Shown one piece after another: positions 1 to 11,700 of a DNA stretch of 64,000 bases. The translations under genes were made by a program, and so were the position numbers. This DNA comes from Isurus oxyrinchus (taxonomy: Eukaryota). The notes under the pieces were generated by a model. The model ran no database searches. It saw only the letters and a list, made by a program, of their open reading frames with translations, and was not told the origin of the DNA. The stretch covers positions 1,984,001-2,048,000 of the forward strand of contig JANJGN010000036.1 in assembly GCA_026770705.1 (NCBI GenBank), in the 5' to 3' direction. Every line of letters starts with the position of its first letter. Position 1 is the stretch's first letter.

Positions 1-319
1 AGCGGTGGGATAACCTTAATAATATTTAAAACAACTTCTACATTTAACAAAATGAGCCAGACTTTGTAAGCTCTGTCGAGTGCATGGGGAAAGATTACTG
101 TTTCATAGGAGCCTCTTTGGCTCCATGTGTATTTCCACTATGCCATGGTTTTTTTTTTTTGGCAAATCCTGTCAACTCCATAATTCATCAGAGAGAAACA
201 GGCAGGATTCTCATCTGTGACCAGTCTTCTTTTTTGATCTTTTTTCCAAAGCAGCCAAGTCCAGGGACGCGTAGAGAGGTCCGCCTTGTGCCTGGGAGAC
301 ATATTAAACGTTAACAGCG

Positions 320-575
320 AAACGTAGCTAAACGATTTCACCCAGAGGGTGGTAGGAATTTGAAACTCACTGTCTGAAAGGGTGGTAGAGGCAGAATCTG
401 TTAAATAACATTTAAGAAGTATTTGGAAATGCACTTGCGATGCCATGGCATACAAAGCTATGGGCCTAGCACCTGGAAAATTGGAATAGAATAGTTAGTT
501 ACTTGATTGACCGGCACAGATTTGATGGCCGGAAGGGTCGTTTTCTGTGCTGTAGACCTCTACGATTCTCTGAAT
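320..575 (+). mobile_element. CR1 LINE 3' end fragment
   Basis: Typical shark CR1 terminus (tttcacccagagggtggtaggaatttgaaactcactg ... ctgtgctgtagacctctacgattct). An opposite-strand CR1 tail follows at about 630-815. Confidence 0.7.
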
Positions 576-1074
576 ATGAATCTCTGAGATAGGCAATATT
601 ACCCACTCCCGTAACCGCTTTTCACATAATTATAGAATGATACAGCACAGAAGGTGTCCGTTGTGCCCATTGTGTCTGTGCCAACTCTTTGAAAGGGCTA
701 TGCAGTTAGACCGACTCTACATTTCTCTGTCCCCATATAGCCGCCATTATTTTCCCCTTCCAATATTTTTCTAATCCCTTCTTGAAATTTGCTGTTGGAT
801 CGGTTTCCATTGCCCTGTATATCAATTTGAGGAATGTTTTGCTTCATTTGTCTGTCAAAAACATGTCCGAATTGATGTTTTGTGACCGAGCAACAGAATT
901 TGTAAAGCAACTGGAACTGACCAAAGTTTAATCAGAAAACTGTGGTGATGGGTCTATCAATTTGTTTGGATACCTTTGTTGAATCCGATTACTGTGTTTC
1001 ACCCATGTGCCATCTACACGATTGAGTAGAGGCCACAGAATTCATAACATTGAGAAGACTGACGCAAACACAAT

Positions 1075-1615
1075 CAAAAGACGTGCGTTTATATAGCACC
1101 TGCCACGAGCAGAAGAAGCCTCAGAACATTCGCATCCACTTTTTTGAAGTGTAGTCTCTGTTCTTAATGCAAGAGGGCAGCGAACTTAGGCACAGTAAGA
1201 TCCCATAAACAGCAATGAATTGATGAGCTAGATAATTTATCTTTTCAAGATGCTGGTTGAAAGATAAAATATGAAACCCGTCACCAGACAGAACCCCCAA
1301 ACCGGCACCTACCATCCCCCCAACACCCAATCACTGTTCTTCTTGCGATAATGGCGGTTATCATAGAGCCAAAGAGGTCAACATCGCAGAAAAAGACCCT
1401 TCGGCACATCGAGTCTGTGCCGGTCAAACAAGCACCTAGCTATTCTAATTCCATTTTCTAGCACTAGGCCCATGGCCTTGTATGTCACGCACGGTCTTTT
1501 ATCCAGATCTGCGAGGGCAGACAGGTCCTCGTTTTAACATTCCTGTGAAATGGGCACCTCCGAAAGTGCAGCACGCGCTCTGGATTTCAGTCTAGACTCT
1601 TTGCTAAGCCTCTGT
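1075..1615 (-). mobile_element. DeuSINE-like (SacSINE1-type) SINE with a nested CR1 tail at about 1360-1490
   Basis: Motifs gcgtttatatagcacct and ggcacctccgaaagtgcagcac resemble the Deu-domain SINEs of sharks. Recognised from memory only. Confidence 0.5.
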
Positions 1616-1808
1616 ACATATAAGTAAGCACACATACGCACATATACACGTAAACACAAACACACACACACACACACAAATACAAAACTTCTGCTCAAAC
1701 TGATTCCATCTTAGTCCAATTACAACAACAACAACACATTTTGATTTATCGACAAAACTCCTATGGGTTTGGCCTTATCTTCCCTGTAATTCCAATCAGC
1801 AATGTATT

Positions 1809-4401
1809 TTAGTAATTTGTTTCAGTCGGAAGAGGGACAAAGGAGGGAGTTGTGTGAGGGGTATAAGAGTCACTGTAGAGATAAAAGAAAATAACAGAAA
1901 TCTGAAACATAAGCTGCTGGAAATCCGCCGTTAACCTGATGGGGACATTCGACAAGGAAATTTATCCTGTCATTTCTATGATCAGATGGAGTGAGGGACT
2001 GGGAGATATTTTCCGATTCCATTTAGAGGGGCGAGTTGGATTTAATACAAATTCAGATGCTCTGGACTGTGTACCTGCTCTCTGGTAAACAAGTGGAATA
2101 CACAGCTTGGGAAGCCTTGTACCTTATCCCCAAAAAACAAGTTTTTGTCTGTTATTACAACGATTTGAAAAAAACTCACCTGTATTGCATTCCGCTGTGG
2201 CCGCTTCTCTGTTTGATGGTGGTCATCTGAGTTATTAACGGATAAGGTATAAATTAAAATATTATCCCAGCCTGGTTAATACATAATTATTACAGATACA
2301 CCATGCGCCAATGACCGCCAATGTACCAATGGCCCCAGTACGTCAATGGCCTCCCTATGTCACCAGGCCCCAAATCCACAGAAGGTCCCTCAATACTTCA
2401 GTGGAGTGAAAATCGCCAATGGATGGACAGACACTATCTACTCACTGGGGCCTGTTTTCCAACTGGTATATTATTGCTACTATTTTTAACCAGTAATTGA
2501 CATTTTCTGTGCGACCCACAGACAGCATTGTGATTCTGGAATTTGTTAGCAGGAAATGCTCTTATACATCTTTCCAATTCCACCCACTTGACATTTAATC
2601 TGTGCCGATATATCAATGCAACTTACCCGTTTGTCGCTAATTCTGCCTCTCTCTTGGCTTTCTCTCTCTCAAGTTAAACCTGGATGCAAACAAAAATTTC
2701 GAGCACGTGTTATGTTTTATGAACCCTGGCGCAGACCGAAATGGTCGAGCGGTGTTTGCAATAATCTCAAAAGCTCATGGAAAATGACAGAATATATCAC
2801 GGTTATCAATGCTAGGGTTCAACTGTGTTAGACGCAATGTTAAATCTAGACAGGGAGTTCCCGATGAACTTTTCAAATGGCTCATTTACTCACTTTTCAT
2901 TGTGGGATCCCTTGTCTCGTTCTTCTGAAAGGAAAAAGTAAAGTAGCAATTTAAAACAACGAGCAGGGAATCACATTGGACAACCAACTATGAAAATGCT
3001 CCTGATAAATATTAATCCCCACCTACATCCGTGATTCCTCTGACACCTTATGTCACATCAACAATTTCCAGTTCCCTGGCTCCAACCGCTTCCTCTTCAC
3101 CATGGACGTCCAATCCCTCTACACCTCCACCCCCCACCAGGATGGTCTGAGGGCCATTAGCTTCTTCCTCGAACAGAGGCCCGAACAATCCCCATCCACC
3201 ACTACTCTCCTCCGTCTGGCTGAATTTGTTCTCACGTTGAACAATTTCTCCTTCAACTCCTCTCACTTACTCCAAATAAAAGGTGTGGCTATGGGTACCC
3301 GCATGGGCCCCAGCTATGCCTGTCTCTTTATGGGGTATGTGGAACATTCCTTGTTGCGGTCCTACTCCGGCCCCCTTCCACAACTTTTTCTCCGGTACAT
3401 CGATGATTACTTCGGTGCCGCTTCATGCTCTCATCGGGACTCGGAAAAATTTATTAATTTTGCTTCCAATCTCCACCCCTCCATCATTTTCACGTGGTCC
3501 ATCTCTGACACTTCCCTTCCCTTCCTTGACCTCTCTGTCTCAATCTCAGGTGATAGACTGTCCACCAATATCCATTACAAACCCACCGACTCCCACAGCT
3601 ACCTCGACTACAGCTCCTCACACCCCGCTTCCTGTAAGGACTCCATCCCATTCTCCCAGTTCCATCGCCTTCGTCGCATCTGTTCCGATGATGCTACCTT
3701 CAAAAACGGTTCCTCTGACATGTCCTCCTTCTTCCTTAACCGAGGTTTTCCACCCACGGTCGTTGACAGGGCCCTCAACCGTGTCCGGCCCATCTCCCGC
3801 GCATCCGCCCTCATGCCTCCTCCTCCCTCCCAGAAACATGATAGGGTCCCCCTTGTCCTCACTTATCACCCCACCAGCCTCCGCATTCAAAGGATCATCC
3901 TCCGCCATTTCCGCCAACTCCACTGTCCTAAGCATCTCAAATTTAACTCAAATTTTCCAAGCTAAAAAATCTTCCATGCCTCTCTATTGCCTCCACATCC
4001 ACATCAAATAAAATTTAATAACCTTCCTTTGCTCTCTTAAGAAATATTGGCAACTGAAAAACAAGCCCTTACCTAACATCTTATTCAATATTTAGAACAA
4101 CAATGTATTTGCCTTTAATGCCAACATCACCATAGCCTCTCATTATTAATGCATGCATCGAGCTCCTTTGTATTTCATCTCTAAACTCCCACAGGCAATC
4201 TGTCTTTACTAACTTTCCCCAGTTTAATTACCCATGGACAGACAGACACACACACAAACACACACCTACACACATCTTTCTTCACTGAATACCACCATCT
4301 CCCCAAATATATAAAAGCAACATTCATGTTCATTTCACGTACAAAACCCCACTCATTCACCTTGTTCCCCGACCCCTTGGTACGTACACATCAACAGCTT
4401 T
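1809..4401 (-). other. Putative 3' portion (six small exons) of an unidentified gene or pseudogene; cytoplasmic-tail-like
   Basis: Exons at 4361-4401, 2894-2924, 2627-2679, 2446-2506, 2180-2226 and 1809-1872. Each has an AG acceptor, and the first five end at GTGAAT, GTGAGT or GTAAGT donors. Phases are compatible except for a 1-nt deficit in 2627-2679. Confidence 0.45.
3018..3922 (+). mobile_element. Penelope-like retroelement, reverse-transcriptase fragment
   Basis: ORF 3102-3965 has PLE RT motifs DVQSLYT, GVAMGTRMGPSYA, RYIDD, LPFLD, YKPTDSHSYL and RLRRICS. It is truncated before the GIY-YIG endonuclease. Confidence 0.9.
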
Positions 4402-4574
4402 CTGCGGGAGAGAGATCCAGATTTCCACTCCACATTCCACAGCACCTCTTGCTCCAAAACAAGTGATACTCATGTGACAACTCTGACATGTAGGTTTAAA
4501 GTTGGACATAAACCACAAGGGGCTTTGTAAAAACGAAATGGAACAATCACATGTTTCATGAATCATTGCCCGTG

Positions 4575-5700
4575 TCTGTGTCACTTTCTGTACCTTGAAG
4601 CTTCCCTTTGGACCTGAAATTCTGTCAATTGATGAACGTTGTACTGAAAATTTCACCCTGAATAATGTGAGCCTTAGTATTGTAGAAACGTGTGAAGAAA
4701 GTTGTCTGCATTCACACAGTCCTACATTGTGAAGGTTAAGTTATCTTTGAAGTAATAGGACGTCGGGCCAGGCAGTCTATATGTACAAACAGGATTTGGT
4801 TGATTAAAGAGCGAATTTTAAATGTGTCCTTTGCAGGAGCCGTTTACTGTAAATGCCCTGAGACAATGAAATGCTTCAGAGCTGTTCACAGGAAATGTCC
4901 CGAGAGAATGAAATGGGACCCCAATGTCTGAATAACTTTCCAAGTCTTAAGAGACATGATGGGGACAGAGATATTGTAAGATACAGACCCTGAGATGCAG
5001 AAGAATCACAGAATTGAAGTTGTGGGGCCCTCTCATCTTTCAGAATGTCAGTTTTGATGTTTTACTCTGTGAACCTGGGCCAATGATTCAGAAAGCAGAA
5101 GGTTCAAATCCCACACTTTGCTGTTGTGAATTTCAATTCTGAATTTTCTAAAATTGAATCTGGAATTAAAAACATCCGGGATGTAATGATTCTCATTCTG
5201 TCTGCTGCTGCAAAGCCCATGTGTGTGCCTCAGTTTCTCTGTTTTTATTAACGATTTAAGATAATGGGATAGAATGCCACAAGTTTGCTAAAGGGCACAA
5301 AAAGAGGCAGCATTGTCCTCATTGTAGCTGGAAGCTTCAAATTCCAAAGAGATATGAACGCCTTAAGTGAATGGGTGAAAAAGTGAAAAATGGATTTCAT
5401 TGTAGGCACATTGTGGCTGCTCACTTTAAAAAGGATGGAACAGATTATATTATAAATGGTGAAAAGCTGCAAACAGTGAGGGTCCAAAGAGACTTTGGAG
5501 TCCCTGTCCATCTGTGTCAAGACTAAATACTTTCAATGAGAAATTAAATTTGATCTTGTGGATAAAACTGTTTAACAACTCACACGGCACATTACATGAA
5601 TCAGCCTCTACAACCTACACTTGAGCACGTCACAAGAAAAATGATATTTTCAACAGTTAATGATTTCAACCCATCATTCAATGTAAAAACCCCCCACCGA
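4575..5700 (+). repeat. Duplicated block A, copy 1 (contains a CR1 RT fragment at about 5260-5520)
   Basis: Colinear high identity to about 22298-23440. Both copies run directly into the 70-bp satellite. Confidence 0.9.
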
Positions 5701-8700
5701 ACCCCTCGATTAGATTCCAGTCTGTAACTAACAACCAGGCATCTGTTTTTCTATATATAAAACCCCGAACCCCTCGATTAGATTCCAGTCTGTAACTCAC
5801 AACCGAGTATCTGTTATTCTATATATAAACCAGCATGAACCCCTCGAATAGATTCCAGTCTGTAACTTACAACTGGGTATCGGTTATTTTAAATATAAAC
5901 TAGCCCGAAACCCTCGAATAGATTCCAGACTGTAACTCATTCCCAAGTGTCTGTCATTCTATATATAAACCAGCGAAACTCTCGATTAGATTCCAGTCTG
6001 TAACTCACTCCCGGGTATCTGTGATTCGACATATAAACCCCCAAACCCCTCGATTAAATTCCACTCTGTAACTCACTGCCGGGTATCTGTGATTCTAAAT
6101 ATAAACCCCTGAAGCCCTCAATTAGATTCCAGTCTGTTAATCAAATCCCGATATCTGTTATTCTTTATATAAAGCACCCCAAACCCCTCAATTAGATTCC
6201 AGTCTGTATCTCACACCCGGGCAACTGTTATTCTTTATATATTATATACATGAGATTTATATATAAACCACCCTGAACAGCTCAATTAAATACCGGCCTG
6301 CAACTCACTCCTGGGTATCGGTTATTCTATATATAAACCAGCCCGAAGCCCTCGGTTAGATTCTAGTCTGTAACTCACTCCCGCGTATCTGTTATCCTAT
6401 GTATAAACCATGCCGAAACTCTTGATTAGATTCCGGTCTGTAACTCACAGCCGCGTATCTGTTATCCCATATATAAACCACCCCGAAACCCTAGATTAGA
6501 TTCCGGTCTGTAATTCACTCCCGAGTATCTGTTATCCTACAGGTACACCACCCTGAGCCCCTTGAATAGATTCAAGTCTGTAATTGACTCCCGGGTGCCT
6601 GTTATCCTATATATAAACCACACCGCATCCCTCGAATAGATACCAGTCTGTAATTCACGCACGGGTATCGGTTATTTTACGTATAAATCACCACGCACCC
6701 CTCGATTAGATTCCAGCCTGTACCTCACTCTTGGGAATCTGTCTTTCTACATATAAGCCGCCCGAGCCACTTGATTAGATTGCAGTCTGTAACACACTCC
6801 CGGGCATCTGTTATTCTTTATATATTATATACATATGATGTATATATAAACAACACCGAACACTACAATTAAATTCCAGCCTGTAACTCACTCCCGGATA
6901 TCTGTTAATCTGTAGCTAAACTATCCTGAACTCCTCAAATAGATTGCGGTCTTTAACTCACTCCTGCGTATCTGTTATTCTATAAATAAACCACACCGAA
7001 CCCCTCGATTAGATTCCAGCCTCTAGGTCACGCCCGGGTATCTGTTATTCATTAAAAAAACACTCCAAATCCCTCGATTAGATTGCAGACTGTAACACAC
7101 TCCTGGGTACCTGATATTCTATATACAACCCCCACCAAACCCCTTGAATAGAATCCAATCTGTAGCTCACTGCCGTGTATCTGTGATTCGAAATATAAAC
7201 CACAGAACCCATGAATTAGCTTCCAGTCTGTAAATTACATTCAGATATCTGTTATTTTTTATATAAACCACCTCGAAACCCTCCATTAGATTCCAGCCGG
7301 TAAGTCACTCCCGGGTATCTGCTTTTAAATATATATAAACCACCACTAACCCCTTGATTAGATTCCGGTCTGTAACTCCATCCCGGGTAAATGTTATCAT
7401 ATATATAAACCACCCTAACACCCTCAATTAGATTGCAGCCCGTAACTCACTCCCGGGTATCTGTAAACCTATATATATACCACCCTGAACCCCACAACTA
7501 TATTCCAGCCTGTAACTCACTCCCGGGTATCTGTTATCATATGTGTAAACCACTACAAAACCCAAGATTAGATTCCGGTCCGTAACTCCCTCCCGGGTGC
7601 CTTTTATCCTAGACATAAACCACACCGAACCCCTCGATTAGATTCCAGTCTGTACCTTACTCCCGGGAACCTGTCATTCCATATATAAGCCCCTCGAACC
7701 CCTCGATTAGATTCCAGTCTGAAACTCACTCCCTGGTTTCTGTGTTTCGACATATAAACCCCCGAACCGCTCAATTACATTCTACTCTGTAACTCAGTGC
7801 CGGGTATCTGTGATTCTAAATATAAATCCCCGAAGCCTTCAATTAGATTCCAGTCTGCTACTCAAATCCAGATATCTGTAATTCTTTATATAAAGCACCC
7901 CTACCCCTCAATTAGATTCCAGTCTGTAACTCCCACCCAGGAAACTGTTATTCTTTAAATATTTTATCCATATGATTTATATATAAACCACCCTGAACAG
8001 TTCAATTAAATACCAACCTGCAACTCACTCACAGGTATCGGTTATTCTATTTATAAACCACCCTGAAGCCTTCGGTTAGCTTCCAGTCTGTAACTCAATC
8101 CCTCCTATCTGTTATCTTATATTTATAAACAACGCCGAAACTCTTGATTAGATTCCGGTCTGTAACTCACTCCCGCGTATCTGTTATCCCATATATAAAC
8201 CAACCCGAAACCCTTGATTAGATTCCGGTCTGTAACTCACTCCCGCATATCTGTTATCCTATATGTACACCACCCCGAGCCCCTTGGATAGATTCAAGTC
8301 TGTAATTGACTCCCGGGTATCTGTTATCCTATATGTAAATCACACTGCATTCCTCCATTAAATACCAGTCTGCAATTCACACCCGGGTATAGGTTATTTT
8401 ATGTATAAACCACCACGAACCCCCGATTAGATTCCAGTCTATACCTCACTCTTGGGAGTCTGCCATTTTATATATAAGCCCCCGAGCCACTTGATTATAT
8501 TGCAGTCTGTAACTCACTCCAAGGCATCTGATATTCTTTATATATTATATACATATGATGTATACATAAACAACGCTGAACATCTCAATTAATTTGCAGC
8601 CTGTAACACACTCCTGGGTATCTGTTAATCTGTAGCTAAACTATCCTGAACACCTCGAATAGATTCCGGTCTGTAGCTCACTCGCGGGTATCTGTTGTCC

Positions 8701-11700
8701 TATATGTAAACCACGCCGAAACTCTTGATTAGATTCCAGTCTGTAACTCAGACCTGGGAACCAATTATCCTATATATAAACCACCCTGAAAACCTTGATT
8801 AGATTCCGGTCTGTAATTCACTCCCGGGTATCTGTTATCCTATAAGTACAATACCCTGAGCCCCTCGAATAGATTCATGTCTGTAATTAACTCCAGGGTG
8901 CCTGTTATCCTATATATAAACTACACCGCATCCCTCAATTAGATACCAGCCTGTAATTCACACCCGGGTATCAGTTATTTTATTTATAAGCCACCAAAAA
9001 CCCCTTGATTACATTACAGTCTGTAACTCACTCCCGGGCATCTGTTATTCTTTATATATTATATGCATATGATGCATATATAAACCACACCGAACACCTC
9101 AATTAAATTCCAGCCTGTAACTCACTTCCCGGGCATCTGCTAATCTGCAGCTAAACTATCCTGAACATCTCAAATAGATTCTGGTCTATAACTCACTCCT
9201 GCATATATGTTATTCCGTATATAAACCACAACGAACCCCTCGATTAGAATCCAGCCTGTAACTTACGCCCGGGTATCTGTTATTCAACAAAAAAAACCAC
9301 TCCAAATCCCTCAATTGGATTGTAGTCTGTAACACACTCCTGAGTACCTGATATCCCATATACAACCCCCACCCCCCCCCCCCCCCCATCCCCTTGATTA
9401 GAATCGAGTCTGTAAGTCACTGCCAGGTATCTGTCATGCTCAATATAAATCCCTGAACCCCTCGATGAGATTCCAGTCTGTAGCTCACTGCCGGGTATCT
9501 GTGATTCGAAATATAAACCACACAACCCCTCAATTAGATTCCAGTCTGTAACTCACATTCAGATATCTGTTATTTTTTTATATAAACCACCTCGAAACCC
9601 TCAATTAGATTGCAGCCTGTAAGTCACTCCCGGGTATCTGCTTTCAAATATATATAAACCACCACTAACCCCTTGATTAGATTCCGGTCTGTAACTCCAT
9701 CCCAGGTATATGTTATCATATATATAAACCACCATAACACCCTCAATTAGATTGCAGCCTGTTACACACTCCCAGGTATCTGTTAACCTATATGTAAACC
9801 GCCCTGAACCCCACAACTATATTCCAGCCTGTAACTCACTCCCAGGTATCTGTTATCATAAGTGTAAACCACTACAAAACCCATGATTAGATTCTGGTCT
9901 GTAACTCCCTCCTGGGTGCCTGTTATCCTAGACATAAACCACACCGAACCTCTCGATTAGATTCCAGTCTGTAGCTCACTCCCGGGAGCCTGTCATTCCA
10001 TATTTAAGCCCCTTGAACCCCTCGATTAGATTCCAGTCTGTAACTCACTCCCTGGTATCTGTGATTCGACATATAAACCCATGAACCCCTCGAATACATT
10101 CCACTCTGTAACTCAGTGCCGGGTATCTGTGATTCTAAATATAAATCCCCGAAGCCCTCAATTAGAATCCAGTGCGCTATTCAAATCCAGATATCTGTTA
10201 TTATTTATATAAAGCACCCCATACCCCTCAATTAGATTCCAATCTGTAACTCCCACCCAGGAAACTTTTATTCTATATATATTGTATCCATATGATTTAT
10301 ATATAAACCACCCTGAACAGTTCACTTAAATACCAGCCTGCAACTCACTCCTGGGTGTCTGTTACTCTATATATAAACCACACCAAACCCCTCGATTAGA
10401 TTCCAGTCTGTAACTCATATCCTGATATCTGTTATTTTTTATATAAAGCACCCTGAACCCCTCAATTATTTTCCAGCCTGTAACTCACTCCCAGGTAACA
10501 GTTATCCTACATATAAGCCACCCAGAGCCCCGCGATTAGATTCCATTCTACAACTCATTCCTGGGCAAATGTTAAAGTTTATATATTATATACTGATGAC
10601 GTATACATAAACCACCCTGAACAGCTCAATTAAATTCCAGTCTGTAACTCACTTCTGGGTATCTGTTAATCTGTTTATAAACTATCCTGAACACCTGGAT
10701 GAGATTCCAGTCTGGAACTCACTGCCGGGTGTCTGTTATACTACATTTAAACCACCCCGTAGCCCTTGATTAGATTCCAGTCTGTACCTCACTCCCGAGT
10801 ATCTGTTATTTGATATAAAAACCACTCCAGTACTCTCGATTTAATTGCAGTCTGTAACTCACTCCTAGATATCTTATCCTATATCTCAACCACCCCAAAC
10901 CACTTGATAAGATTGCAGTGTGTAACTAACTCTCGCGTATTTGTTATTCTATATATAAAACAACTCAAACCTTTTGATTACTTCCCGGTCCGTAACTCAC
11001 TCCCGGGTATCTGTTACTCTATATATAAACCACCCCAAACCCCTCGATTAGATTCCAGTCTGTAACTCACTCCCGGGCATCTATTATTCTATATATAAAC
11101 CACCCGAACCCCTCGATTAGATTCCAGTCTGTAACTCACTCCCGGGTATCTGTTCTTCTATGTATAAACCACCCGAACCCCTCGATTAGATTCCAGTCTG
11201 TAACTCACTCCCGGGTATCTGTTACTTTATATATAAACCACCCGAACCCCTCGATTAGATTCCAGTCTGTAACTCACTCCCGGGTATCTGTTATCCAATA
11301 TATAAACCACAGCGCACCCCTCGGTTAGTTTCCAGTCTGTAACTCATTCCTGGGTGCCTGTTATCCTATATATAAACCACCACGAATACCTTAATTAGAT
11401 TCCGGTCTGTAACTCACTCCCGCATATCTGTTGCCCATATACAAACCAACCCGAAACCCTTGATTAGATTGCGGTCTGTACTTCACTCCTGGGTATCTGT
11501 TATCCTATATGTACACCACCCCAAGCCCCTCGAATAGATTCAATTCTGTAATTGACTCCCGAATGCCTGTTATCCTATATGTAAACCACACTGCATTCCT
11601 CCATTAGATAACAGTCTGTAATTCACACCCTGGTATCGGTTATTTTATGAATAAACCACCACTCGATTAGATTCAAGTCTATACCTCACTTTCGGGAGTC

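Noticed and set aside
2385-2477. + frame VPQYFSGVKIANGWTDTIYSLGPVFQLVYYC resembling Ig V framework 3
   Set aside because: No RSS after it and no WYxQ. The candidate first Cys is 98 codons away with stops between, and the stretch overlaps a better-supported minus-strand exon. Probably chance.
3283-4011. 242-aa Pro/Ser/Thr-rich ORF and antisense ORFs
   Set aside because: Alternative frames of the C-rich Penelope RT sequence.
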